Assembly (NCBI GenBank): GCA_014905635.1
Contig: CM026547.1
Location: 930,001 to 994,000 of the forward strand
From: Scenedesmus sp. PABB004
Lineage: Eukaryota
Reading direction: 5' to 3'
Length of the DNA: 64,000 bases
The notes below the pieces were generated by a model. The model saw only the letters and a program-made list of their open reading frames with translations. It was not told the origin of the DNA and made no database searches. Positions 37,328-49,238 of the stretch are shown in pieces (the stretch's first letter is position 1; each line of letters opens with the position of its first letter). The position numbers and the translations under genes are program-made.

Positions 37328-39119
37328 CTGCTGGCCCTGGAAGGCCGCGACCGCCGGGCAGAGCCTTGACAGCGCCTCCACCGCGCCGCGTTGCCAGCCG
37401 CTGCCGCCGAGGCCGCCGCCGTCGCCGTTGTCACCGCCGGGCGCCGACCGCCGCACGAGCGCCTCGCTGCAGGCGCCCACCGCCGCCGCGAGCACCGCCG
37501 CGGCCGTGGGGCTGCGCGCCGCCAGCAGCTCGCGGCAGAGCTGCGCGCCCAGAGCAGCGCGGCGCGGCGGCGTGCACGCGCTCGAGGGGTGCGAGGGGCT
37601 CGCGGCCGCGCGACCGCGCAGCGCGCGCCGCGCGCCGCGGCCGGCCGCACCAGGTCGGCGGTCGCCGCGAGCACCGCCTCGGCCGTGTTGCGCATGTCCC
37701 GGTTGCCGCTGCCCGCCAGCACCACCATCAGGCCCTCCAGCAGCTCCACGCCGGCGCAGGGCGCGGCGGGCGCGGCGGCGGGCGCGGCCGCCGCCGCCGC
37801 GGACGACCCCGCACCGCCGCCCGCCGCGCCGGCGGCGGCAGCGCCTGGGGCGCTGAGCAGACGCGCGTCGGCCATGCGCGGCCCCAGCTGCCGGATCGCG
37901 GCGAGGGCCGCCCGATACTTTCCATACTGGGTGCCCGCGCCTGGCCCCGCCGCCAGCTCGCGCACCAGCGCGCGCGACAGACGCAGCAGGTCTGCGAGGT
38001 CGCCGTCGGCCTCGCCCGGCTGCGGCGCGGCGCGGCGCGTGAGCGAGGGCGGCAGCGGCGGCGGCGGCGGCTCGCTCGCGCGGCGCCGCGCGCCGGCCGC
38101 ACCTCCATGAGCAGCAGGGCAACGGTGAGGCCCTGCAGTGCGCCCTGGATGACCTCGCCGCTGCCGAGCCGCCCGTCCGGGCCCGCCAGCTCGGCGCGGC
38201 ACTCGGCGAGCAGCCAGTGCCGCGTCAGCGGCTCCACCAGGCCGACGGCGCCGCCGGGCGTGCTCGCCGCTGCGCGCGCCTGCGACGACGGCGCGCCCGG
38301 TGCGCTGCTGAGCTGCAGCAGCTGGCCGAGCACTCCGAGCAGGGAGGCCCGGAGCGTCTTGGCTTTCCGCGCGTCGCTCGACATCAGAGCGCGCTGCAGC
38401 GGCGCCGCGACCGCCAGCGGCGCCTCGGGCAGCAGCGCGGCCGCCAGGCTGCCCTCCAGGATGAGCCCCAGCACCAGCGACAGCACCTCCAGCGCCGCCG
38501 TCCTGCGCCCCGGGCGCGGCGATCGCGCGGCGGTTGCGGCTGTTGGCCGCAGCGCGGCAGCACGTCTGGTCGCTGCCGCCGCGCTGCAGACCCCGCGTCT
38601 GGCGGCGCAGGCGTCCCGTCCCACGCACACAGCACACGCACCTTGCCGGCACGCTCTCCTCGACCTTGGCGTGGTGCCGCGCCGCCTCGATGAGCCGCGG
38701 CGCCGCGCGTGCGAGCGCCGCCGGCTCCAGTCGCGGCAGCAACTCCCCCGCGAGCCAGCGCAGCGCGCCGGCACGCGCCTTGGCCATATGCCATTCCTTG
38801 CCTGCAGGTTGCGGGCGGCGGGCGCGGGCGCGAGCGTCGGCGGCGGAGAGGGGCGCCGCCGACGCAGCAGCAGCGGCGAGCAGCAGCTGCGCGGAGGGCG
38901 CGGCGACGCACCGCACGCTTTGTGGCTCTCCTTCAGCGCCGGCAGGACGCCGCCATCGGCCGCGAGCAGCGTCTCGCCCAGCAGCGACGCGTGCTCCTCG
39001 AGCAGGCCGCCGTCGGTCGCGTGCTGCTCGATCGCCTCCCAGGCGCTTTTCCAGGCCTCCGCATCCCCTGCAGCATCTGTGAGCTCGGCCACCGCCGCCT
39101 GGAGCTCGGCGGCGTCCAT
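37328..39119 (-). CDS. HEAT-repeat protein resembling the N-terminal ~380 aa of DNA-PKcs; 3' end unresolved (exons 39119-38912, 38801-38642, 38502-38103, 38019-37651, 37540-37328; 450 codons)
   Basis: Clean in-phase splicing. Ordered helices TLRASLLGVLGQLL, EVIQGALQGLTVAL, TQYGKYRAALAAI, SGNRDMRNTAEAVL and AVEALSRLCPAV parallel, by eye, successive DNA-PKcs N-HEAT helices. That it is a gene is solid; the identity is tentative. Confidence 0.55.
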
Positions 39120-39359
39120 GGGCGGCGATCACGGCGCGCGCCGCATGCTCGACGCGCCGCCGCTCCCCGCCTGGTGCAGCGCGTGCAGCGCGGCGCCGTC
39201 CCGCGTGAGTCGAGGGCGCTCCGGTGCTGAAGGCGCGAGCAGAAGACCGAGAGCCCGAAACCCCGACTGACGCGCGGCGCGCGTCGCGGCGAGCAGCGCG
39301 ACGGCGCCGGCGCGCGCCAGAGCTCCGCCCAGCCCCGCCCAATCCCTGGGAAGATCACG

Positions 39360-41248
39360 ATGGAGGAGGTTCACGACTATCACGACTATCGCGGCCTGAC
39401 CACGCTGAGCGACGAGCAGCGCACGGCGGTCGCGGCGCGCGCTCCTGGCTACGCCGCCGCGCCCGGCGGCATGCCGACGGCGCAGCTGAGCAGCGGTGCG
39501 GCGTCCAGCGGCGGTATGGCGGCCGCCGCCGGCGGAGCGGCCCACGCGCGCAGCACGCGCGCGGTGCGCCCTCGCAGGCTTTTCGATGCCGCTCGTCGGG
39601 CTCGGGACGTGGAAGTCGGACCCGGGCGTGGTGCGCGCTGCCGTCGCGGCTGCCGTGCGCGCCGGCTACCGACACATCGACTGCGCGTCCATCTACGGCA
39701 ACGAGGCAGAGGTGCGCTGCGCGTGAGGGGGGGGGGGGGGGCATCGTGCCGCCCGCTGGCCGGCCGACCGGCGCGGCGCGGCGCTGCCGCAGGTCGGCGC
39801 GGCGCTGGCGGAGGTGCTGGCGGAGGGCGTGGTGGTGCGGGCGGACCTGTTCATCACCAGCAAGCTCTGGTGCGCCTGCCCGTGCGCGCGCGCGCACCTG
39901 TGCCCCGCGCGCGGGGCCGCATCCGCAGCCGCAGCCGCAGCCTCGCCGGGCGGCGCGCGCTGATCGACCAGCGCCGCGGCGGCGGGCGCAGGAACACGCA
40001 TCACGCCGCCACCGACGTGCGCCCGGCGCTGGAGAAGACGCTGGCCGACCTGGGGGTGCGCGGTTGAGCGCGCGCGCCCAGCGGAGCGCGCGCCGCGCTG
40101 GCGCCGCCGCTCGGGTGCGTTGACCGCCCTCGCACCGCCGCCAGCTGGAGTACGTTGACCTGTACCTCATCCACTGGCCCGTGGTGGCGGGCTGCAGCGG
40201 GCCCACGCTCACGCCGAGCACGGCCGAGACGTGGGCGGCGATGGAGGCGTGCGCGTCGGCGGGCCTCGCGCGCAGCATCGGGTTGAGCAACTTCAGCGCG
40301 CGCAAGCTCGGCGACCTCCTGGCCGTGCCCGGCCTGCGCGTGCGGCCCGCGGTGCTGCAGGTGGAGGCGCAGGGGCGCGGCGGTGGAGGCTCTGGAGACG
40401 AGACGAGACAGACAACCCCCGCGCCGCGTTTGCAGGTGGAAGCGCACCCGTTCTGGCCCAACGCGGAGCTGCTCGCCTGGGCGCGTGGCCAGGGGCTTCA
40501 CGTCACGGCCTACTCGCCGCTCGGCAGCCCCGACAGCGCGGCGATCATGCAGCGCGCGGACACCACCAAGCGCCTGCTAGAGGACCCCCAGGTGCTGGGC
40601 ATCGCTCGCCGCCTCGGCAAGAGCGCCGCGCAGGCACGCGGGCGGAGCGCCGCCTGGCGCGGCGCGCCGGCCGCCCGCCTCGCGGCCGCGGCCGCGCGCG
40701 CAGCCGCCGACGGCCTGCGGCGCCGGCGCGCAGGTGCTCATTCGCTGGGCGCTGCAGCGCGGCACCAGGTGCGGTGCGGGCGGCTGGCGGCCGCAGCCCT
40801 GCGCGCGCGCAAGCCCAAGGGCGCGCCCTCACACCGCCGCCGCCCCTGCGCGGGCACGCTGGGCAGCGTGCTGCCCAAGAGCGCCAACCCTGAGCGCATC
40901 AAGGTGCGGTGCGGCTGCAGTCCTCCGCGCTCGCGGGCGCGCCCTCACACCGCCGCCGCCCCTGCGCGCCAGGCCAACCTCGACGTGCTGACCTGGTCGC
41001 TGCCGGAGGAGGACCAGGCGGCGCTCAGCAGCCTCGGCTACCGGGTGTGCGGGCGACAGGGGCTGCGCTCAGCCGGCTGGTGCCGGCATCGGGCCTGGCC
41101 GCCACCGCGTGCGCGCGCGCCGACCGCCGCCGCCGCGCAGTGCCGCATGGTGGGCGGCGGCATGTGGCTCAACCCCAAGGGTCCCTACAGGACGCTGTCC
41201 GAGCTGTGGGACGAGGAGGAGGAGCAGGAGCAGCAGGAGCAGGGCTAG
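39360..41248 (+). CDS. Aldo-keto reductase (AKR1/AKR4-like), 10 exons
   Basis: [85 protein letters not shown]. Catalytic D-Y-K-H tetrad present. Confidence 0.95.
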
Positions 41249-41401
41249 CGCGAGCTGACGGCGCGAGCTGGCTGGCGGCGGTGCGGCGCGCGCCGCGGTA
41301 CGAGAGTTGCCCAGACGTTGCAAGCGTTGCGACCCGCGCAGGTCGCCGGCGCATGCGCCGGCCCCGGCGCACGTCTTGCAGCGCGCGGCGCCCGCCGGCG
41401 C

Positions 41402-42794
41402 TCAGCCCCGCACCGCGCCCCACGTCGCCCTCTCCACCAGGGCCGGCAGCGCCTCCGGCGCCGCCGCGAGCAGGTCGCCCAGGCCGCCCACCGCCTGCTG
41501 CGCCGCGCCGAGCGCACCCGCCGTGCGCGCCGCGACCGCGGCGCGGATGCCGGACAGGGTCGGCAGGCCGCGCGCGGCCGCCGCCTGCGCCGCCTGCGCG
41601 TCCGCGCCGCGCGCCGCGGCCGCCGCGGCGAGGTCCTTGACGCTCTCCGCGCAGCGCCCGTCGGCGCGCTGCGCGAGCGTGAGTATGAACGTGTCGAGGC
41701 TGACCGCGGGGCCGGTGGAGAGGTCGCTGTAGGCCTTGGTCAGCGCCTCGGCGCACGCGGAGCGGTTGTCCGCCGTGATCGCGCGCGCGACGCTGTCGAC
41801 GACCGCCAGGCCCAGCGGCCCGTCGCCGCCGCCGCGCCCGTGCCGGCGTGGCCCGACGCGTCCTGCAGGCCGATGCCGACCGCCTTGTCGCGCGCGAGGC
41901 TCAGCCCCGGGCCCGACGCGGTCGCGTTGGCGGTGGACGCCGCGCCCGTGTCGCCGCGCAGCACCGCAAACGACTCCATCAGCGACTGTGACCCCGCGAC
42001 GCCGCCGCGCGCCGCCTGCGCCTGCGCCGCGGCGCTGCCGAGCGCGGCGCTGCCGTGCGCGCCGACGGCGATCGAGTCGGACCGCGTCGCGGCGACGCCG
42101 TGGTCGGCCGCGGCGCCCTCGGCGCTCGACGACGTCGACGCCGCCGCGCCCGGCCGACCGCGCCCGCAACGGCGGTGCCGCCGACGTTTGCGAGCGCGCC
42201 GCGCGCCGCCGCGGCGGCGCTGCTGATGTTGGCCACCGCCGCGTCGCCGCCGAGGCCGACCGCGCGCGAGCCGCCGGACGCGAGCGCGGCGGCGCTGCTG
42301 TCGGCGACCGCCGCCGACTGCGCCGCCGCGAGCGCGGCGCCCGCCTTGCCCGGGTTGCTCGCGTCCGCCGCGGCGCTCGCGCGCGCGAGCGCGGTGGTGT
42401 CGGCGACCGCCGACGCGTTTGAGAGCGCCGCCGCGCCCGCCTGCTGCGCGTTGGACGACGCCGACGCCGAGGCCTTGCCGCCGTTGAAGGCAAAGCCCGA
42501 CGCCGTGGCCGCGCTCGGCGCCGCCGCGGCCGCGGCGGGCGGCGGCGCGCCCGCCATCGCGCCCAGCCGGAGCAGCCCCGCGCCGGGCAGCGCCGGCAGC
42601 GCGAGCCGCGGCACGGCGGGCAGGCCCGCCGCGTGCGCCCGCCCCAGCGCCGCCGCGAGCGGCCCGAGCGCCGCCGGCGCGCCGCGCAGCTGGCGCGCGT
42701 GCGCCGCGCCGCGCGCGCTGGGCAGGCAGGCCGCGGCGGCGGACAGGGCCAGCGCCGCCGCCAGCAGCAGCGCCGGCCCCCGCGCCGCGCGCAT
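41402..42794 (-). CDS. Secreted Ala/Ser/Gly-rich protein (~464 aa), intronless, interrupted by two apparent 1-nt deletions
   Basis: Signal peptide MRAARGPALLLAAALALSAAAA. One compositionally continuous AxAxS-rich protein runs through three successive frames, switching at about 42152 and 41817, and ends ...LVERATWGAVRG*. Confidence 0.65.
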
Positions 42795-43243
42795 CGCTGC
42801 CGCCGGCGCGGGAGCTGCGTAAGTCTACTACGGAGCTCTGCGTGAGCTGCGGGGAGCTCGGCGGGGCTCGGGCCGCGCGCCCGCGCCCAGGCGAGCCGCT
42901 TCCCGCGCTTTGCCGTCCGGCCTTCTCGGCGCGTAAGACCGTGCGATGCGTCGTGCGCGATGGAACAAGCGGTGTTGTCGCTAGCGCGGGCGGCGCGGCG
43001 CGCAGGGCAAAGGAATGGCAGGCGGCCGGCTGCGACCCCCGCGTTCTTCGCGGCCGCATCATCGCGCGCCGTCATCACCAGCAGCTCGCGCCGTCCCGGC
43101 GCGCAGCAGCAGCACGGCGGCCAGCCGCGCGGCGAGCAGCGCAGCGGCGGCGGCCTCACCCTGCCGTGTGCGATCGGCACCCGCAGCGCCCGCAGCAAGC
43201 GCTCCCCGCAGCAGCAAGCGCTGCCCGCAGCAAGCGCAGCAGC

Positions 43244-44621
43244 ATGGCGGCGCAGGGGCCGAGCGCGGCGGCCTGTCGCAGCGTGTGCGACGCTCTCGCC
43301 GCGCTGCACGGCCGCCCGAGCGAGCGGCGCGCCGTCAAGCGCGAGGGCTGCGAGATTCAGGAGCCCCACTCCGTCCTGGACTCCCTGGTGGGCAGGGGAG
43401 GGCACCCAGCGCCGCCGCTGCCGCCGCGCCGCGCGTCGCCGCGCCGCCCGCGCCGCTCTGCCGTCTGCGCCGCTCTGCCGCCTGCGCCCACAGCGCCGCC
43501 CGCGCGCGCGCGCGTGCAGGTGCGGACGATGCTGAGCCAGAACACGACCGACGTGACCTCCCAGCGCGCCTTCGCCGCGCTCAAGGCCGCGCTCCCGAGC
43601 TGGGAGGCGGTGCGCTGCGCGGCGCCGGGCGACGTCGCAGACGCGATCCGCGTCGGCGGCCTCGCCGACATCAAGGCCGCGCGCATCCAGGCGCGGGCGG
43701 CGCCGCGGCGCCGGGGCGCGGCGGCGGGGCGGGCGCCGCCTCGCGGCCGGCCGGCGTGCGCCCACGCTGCCGCCCGCGCCCGCCGCGCGGCGCCGCGCGG
43801 CGCCGCGCCAGGCCATCCTGGACTGCCTGCTGGAGGAGCGCGGAGAGCTCAGCCTCGAGCACCTCCGCGCACTGCCAGAGGCCGCGGTCAAGGCCGAGCT
43901 GTCGCGCTTCAAGGGCGTCGGCCCAAAGACCATCGCGTGCGTGCAGCTGTTCTGCCTCGGGCGGGCCGAGTTCCCGGTCGACACCCACGGTGCGCCGCGG
44001 GGCGGGGGGGGGGGGGGGGGGGGGGCGGCGGCATGCCGAAAGCCGCGCGCGCCATCGCCGCCGCCGCCCACGCGGCCGCCCGCACGCGCCGCAGTGTGGG
44101 AGATCGCGAAGCAGCTGCGCTGGGTGCCTGCGGCTGCGAGCCGCGAGGCCGCGTACGAGCTGCTCAACTCGAGGGTGCCGGACGACATCAAGTATGACCT
44201 CCACGTGCTGCTCGTCGAGCACGGCAAGGCCTGCCCCAGCTGCGGCAAGGGCGGCGGTGGCAAACGCAAGGCCGCGGGCGCGCCGCCCTGCCCGCTGGCG
44301 GCGCTCAAGCGCGGTGGCGGCGGCGGCGCCGACGGCGGCGGCGCCGACGGCGGCGCCACGACGGCGGCTGGCGCTGCCGGTGTGGACGGCAGCGGCGGCG
44401 GCGGTGGCAAGCGCCAGAAGCACGCGGCGGCGGCGCGGGAGGCGCTAGCGGAGGTCAAGCAGGAGCCCACGTCGCCGGCGGTCAAGCTGGAGCCCGCGTC
44501 GCCGGCGGTCAAGCAGGAGCCCGCGTCGCCGGCGGTCAAGCTGGAGGCGCCGGCGACGCTGGCAGCGGCGGCGGCGCAGCCCGGGGCCGCGACGAAGCAG
44601 CGGCAGCGGCGGCGTCCGTGA
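43244..44621 (+). CDS. HhH-GPD superfamily (endonuclease III-like) DNA glycosylase, 4 exons
   Basis: SVLDSL|VRTMLSQNTTD, AIRVGGLADIKAARIQ, HhH LSRFKGVGPKTIACV, FPVDTHV, LHVLLVEHGKACPSC...CPL. Confidence 0.92.
44454..44546 (+). repeat. Coding 27-bp tandem repeat, about 3.5 units (VK[QL]EP[TA]SPA)
   Basis: Unit GTCAAGCWGGAGCCCRCGTCGCCGGCG starts at 44454, 44481 and 44508, with a partial unit at 44535. Confidence 0.9.
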
Positions 44622-45135
44622 TCGAGCGCAGGGAGCAAGCGGCGCGAGCGAGGGCTGTACGCGACGCGGCGCGGCCGCCCCACCTCAACCCTGCTCCTTC
44701 CCCGGCACAGGTGCCGACCCGGTGTGCCACCTGCGCCCGCAGAGCAGCTTTCCCAGCCTGCAGACACTCGCACGCGCAGCAACACGGGCAGCCGCACGCG
44801 CGGCGACAAGCGAGGGAGCCGCGCGCAACCTGCCCCGCCTCCTCGCCAAAAGGCATCGTCGGCCCGCGGCAAGCAGCGCTTCAGGTAATTGGGATGAAAC
44901 GTGTGCTTTTCAGCGCAGGCAGGGAGCATGTGCGGCCCGGGAGCGCGCGGCAGTACGCGGGGATGGCGGGGGAGCGCGCCGCGCCGCGCCGGGCCCACAG
45001 CGCCGCGGGGAGGGCGCCCCCACCTCCACGGAGGCCTGCGCGCCCGCATGCGCCCCGCGCAGCAGCGTCGGGCTCACGCAGCGCCGCCGGCCCGGCCGCC
45101 GCGCCGCAGGGCGTCGTCGCCGGCAGCCAGCTGAC

Positions 45136-46864
45136 ATGGCGCGCGGGCGCACCGCGGCCCTGCTGCTGGCGCTGGCCTGCCTGGCAGCGGTGGCGGTGGC
45201 CGAGGACCCGGTGTGCAGCCCCGGCAGTGGCGTGAGGTCGTTTGACTTCCTCGGCCTCATCGGCAGCCTGATCGGCGCCGGCGGCGGCCTCAGCAGCGAG
45301 CCCAGCTGCCAGCCGTGCAGCGCCTGGGAGGCGAGCGCCGGCGGCGCCGGCGCCAAGTGCGAGGTGAGCAGCGCGGGGGGGGGGGGGGGGGTGGGTGGCC
45401 CCCAGCGCGCGCGCGTGCGCGCAGGCCCGGCGCCGACACCCCTCCGCGCCCGCAGCTGTGCACGCCGGTGCTGTCGGCGCCCAACGCCTTCAAGACCGCC
45501 TGCGACTGCATGCCCGGCACGTACGTGGGCGAGCCGGCGAGCCCCTCGGCGGTGGTCAAGAACTGCGTGCCGTGCGCCGAGGCCGCGGTCAGCACCGACA
45601 AGAACTCCCCCGCCTGCACGCCCTGCCCCGCCGGCGCGGTCGCGGGCAAGGGCAACATGTGTGTCTGCCCGCCCGGCTGGCGCGCGACGGGCGTCACGCC
45701 CGACGGCGTCACGGGCTGCGAGCAGTGCGCCGCCGGCACCGTGAGCCCGGGCGGCTTCGCGGACGCGTGCGAGGCGTGCGCCGAGGGCTCGCTGCCGCTG
45801 CCCGCGGGCGACGCGTGCGGGTGCCCCGCCGGCACGCGCATGTCGTCGAGCGACCCCATCAAGTGCGTGGCGTGTGGGTCGGTGTTTGAGTACAGCAGCG
45901 AGCCCAACCGCCTGCTCATGTGCAAGCAGGTGCGCCCCGGCGCGTGGGGCGGCGGCAGCCTAGCAGCGCTAGCGGCGCTGCCGGCGGCGCCGCGGCGACC
46001 GCGCGCGCGACGCCGCGGCGGCCGCGCGCGACGCCGCGGCGGCGCCCCACGCCGCCCGGCGCGCGCGCCCGCAGTGCTTTCCCTTCAGCTACGCCAACGC
46101 AAACCACACCGCCTGCGAGTGCACGGGCGGCTACTACGCGCCCGACCCCGCGGCGACGCCCATGGCCTGCCGGCCCTGCCCCCCGGGCACCGTCAAGGCG
46201 GCGTCGGGCAACGACGCGTCCGCGTGCGTTGCCTGCCCGGCGGGCCTGGAGCCCAGCACCTCCGGCAAGTCGTGCGGTGAGTGGCGGGCGGGCGCGCACG
46301 CACGCGCGCACACGGGCGCGGGCGCGGGCGGAGCGCTGCCGCGGAGAGGCCGCGCCCACGACACGCCGCCGCCGACCCGGCCGCGCCGCCGCCGCCGCCG
46401 CAGTGACGCCGCTGTGCCCGCCGGGCACCGAGACGGCCGCCGACGGCGCGTGCGTGGCGTGCGGCGCGACGTCGTTCAACTACCGGCGCGCGGGCACGTG
46501 CCAGCCGTGCTCCAACCACACGGTCGCCAGCCCCGACCGCACCAAGTGCGACGCGTGCGACCACGGCTACCTGCAGACGTCGGGCAGCGGCGAGAGCCTG
46601 TCCTGCATGGCCTGCATGGCCGGCTGGACCTGGAACGCGGCCACCCAGGCCTGCGACCTGGACCTGGTCGGCGCCGCGGCGGAGCTGCCCGACCTCAACG
46701 ACGACGAGGCCTGGAAGCAGCACGTGGGCGTGCCGTCGACGGCGATCATGCAGCCCGCGCGCATGATCGCGACGAAGGGGCTGGACAAGGCCAAGGAGCA
46801 GTTCCAGACTGCGGGGCGCTTCGAGGGCGAGATGCCCATGCCGCCGCGCCCCCAGATGCCCTGA
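45136..46864 (+). CDS. Secreted cysteine-rich protein with CxxCxxG (ephrin-receptor-like/GCC2-GCC3-type) repeats (exons 45136-45363, 45456-45929, 46075-46276, 46404-46864)
   Basis: Signal peptide MARGRTAALLLALACLAAVAVA; repeated CTPCPAG, CEQCAAGT, CRPCPPGT and CVACPAG modules; no transmembrane helix. Confidence 0.85.
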
Positions 46865-47064
46865 GACGCGCGCGCAGCACGCAGCCGCAGCTGGGCGGCG
46901 GGCGCGGCGGTGGCCTGGAGAGTATCAGATAGCACAGCTGTGCCGCGCTGCGCACTCAAGCGAGCTGCGCGCGCGGGGTGGGCAAGGCTAGCCAGGCGCA
47001 GGGTGACAGACGGCGTCGTGTGCACGAGGGATGCGCGCGGCCGCGAGCGCTGCGGGGTTTTGCG

Positions 47065-47631
47065 TGCTGCGGTGCGAGCGTGTGCGGCTGAGGCGCCTGT
47101 GTGCAACCCCTGCCGGCGCCGGCGCCGCCGGCCGCGAGCGAACCCCGCACCCTCAGCGGTTGGACTGCTGCGGCTGACCGGCGGCGGCGTGCAGCCTGGC
47201 GGAACGCCCGGCAGCTCACACGCCGCGGCCTGCGAGCTCGGGATTGCTGCGCAGCGCGGCCGGGGCTGCGCACGCCAGCGGCGGCGGTGGGCTGACGGCG
47301 GGCGCTGGCGCCGAGGCGGCAGCGCCGGCGGCCGCCGGCGCCACCGACAAGCGGCGGGCGTGCGTCCAGGTGCCCCGGCACCCGAACACGTGTCAACGAC
47401 GGCGCCCGCGGCGCGCACTGGCTGTGGTTTGGCGGGCCAGGGCCCGCCAGCTCAGCCCCGACCCTGGGCACCCGCGCGCGCCTGCCCAGCGCCGACCCGC
47501 GACGCCGACTCAGACCGCCGCCGCGCCCCTCCTGCGCCACCCGCGCTCGCACACCCGGGCGCCGCGGCCGCCTCGGCCCCGGCCATCAGCGCCTGCGTGG
47601 CCCCCCAGCACCATGGCGGGCGCGCTCGCGC
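47065..47631 (+). repeat. Long inverted repeat, left arm (upstream region plus first 6 codons of the partial-CCT gene)
   Basis: Reverse complement of 49639-50203. Inner ~440 bp differ at about 2 positions by eye; outer ~125 bp are more diverged. Confidence 0.95.
47387..47392. promoter_or_regulatory. G-box CACGTG (ACACGTGTC context), also present at 49878-49883 in the other arm
   Basis: About 220 bp upstream of the ATG at 47613; established bZIP/bHLH element. Function here is untested. Confidence 0.35.
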
Positions 47632-48696
47632 TGCTCGCCGATGTGGCTGAGCTTGCGGACGGCGACGACAAAGCCTTCGCCGCGGCCGCGGGCGGCCCGC
47701 CGGCGCTGGCGGGCGTGCTGCACGGTGGCGCTGCTTCGGGGCCGAGTGCCGGCGGCGCGGCGCGCGTGACCGCGGAGCAGGAGCAGCAGCTCTGCGCTCT
47801 CGTTTGCAGCGTGGTGGACGGCTACGTCGCGCGCACGCCGCCCGGCGGCGTCGTCGCCGTCGAGCAGCGCCTGCTGCTGGAGCTCTGCTCCCAGCTCGCG
47901 GTGCTCGTGCGCCGCGCGGCGGCGCTCGCGGCGGCCACGCCGCTGCCGCAGTCGCTGGAGGCGGAGCTGGCGGTCATGGACGTGCTCGTCAAGCTGCTCA
48001 ACAGCCAGAGCCACGCGGGCCCGCCGCCCGCGGCGGCCGCGGCCGCGGCGGCGCGGCTGCTCAAGCAGCACGGCAGCAGCAGCTGCCTGAGCAGCGAGAC
48101 CACCAACGCGGCCGCCGCGGCGGCGGGCGCGCCGCCGGCCGCGGCGGCGCCGGCGGCCGTTGCGGCGCCCGACCCGGCGGCCGCGGTGGCGCTGCCGTCG
48201 TCGCCCGTGCAGGTCTCGTCGCGCCGCAACGCGACGCCCGCCGGCGGCGCGCCGTCTGAGGCGAGCAGCCCGCGCGCGGCGGCGGCGGCAGCGGCGGCGG
48301 CTGCCGCAGCCGCGGCGGCCGCCGCAGCCGCGCCCGACGCCGCGGCCGCCGCGGCGGCGCTCGCGGCCGGCGGCGGCTACGGCGACGTGGTGGAGATGCT
48401 GAAGCGGCTCTTCTACAGCTCCGACCCGGCTGCGCAGAGCACCGCGCTGGCCCTGGCGGCGAGCCTGGCGGGCCAGGGCGACGCCGGCGCGGCCGCGCCC
48501 GCGCCCGCGGCGCCGAGCCTGCAGAGCTTTGCCATCGCGCAGAGCGCGGCGGCCGGCGGGGCGCTGCCAGGCGCGGGGCTGGCGCCGCAGGCGCTGCTGC
48601 AAGCGCAGCTGGCGCTGCAGCAGCAGCAGCTGCTGGAAGCCGCGGCGGCGGGGAGCGCCGCCGCGGAGCTGATGCAGCGCCAGGGAAGCACGAGTC

Positions 48697-48739
<43 letters not shown>

Positions 48740-49238
48740 CGCCGGCAGCCTCTTGGCGGGGGCTGGTGCGGACCCGGCGATGATCGCGGCGGTGATGGCT
48801 GCCGCGGCGGCGGGGCAGACCGACCCGGCCGCGGTGGCGGCGGCGGCCGCCGCGTTTGCCGCCGTCGCGGGCACCGCGCCCGGCGGCGGCGCCGGCGCCG
48901 CCACCGGCGCGGCAGACCCCGCGCAGGCGCTCAGCCTGCTGCACCTGCTGTCGGGCGGCGCGGCGGGCCTGGCGGGCGGCCTCGACGCCGAGGGCTTGGC
49001 CGCGGCGCTGGCGGCCGGCGGCGGCCGGCCGCCGCACCTCAACGACCGCCAGGCCAAGGTCGGGCGCTACCGCGAAAAGCGCGCCGCGCGCGCCAGCGGC
49101 GGCCGCGCGGCGTCGCCGCCCGCGGGCGCCGGCGGGCGGGCGCCGGCGTCGCCCTTCCAGGCGGCCCTGAGCGGCATGCGGCGCTCGCGGTCGACCAACG
49201 GCATTGCCGCCGCCGGCGTCATGGCGATGCAGGAGTGA
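47613..49238 (+). CDS. Intronless Ala/Gln-rich putative nuclear regulator with a partial CCT motif
   Basis: CACCATGG start, typical codon usage for 541 codons, RQAKVGRYREKRAAR matching the first CCT helix, TGTAA at 49586. Confidence 0.75.
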
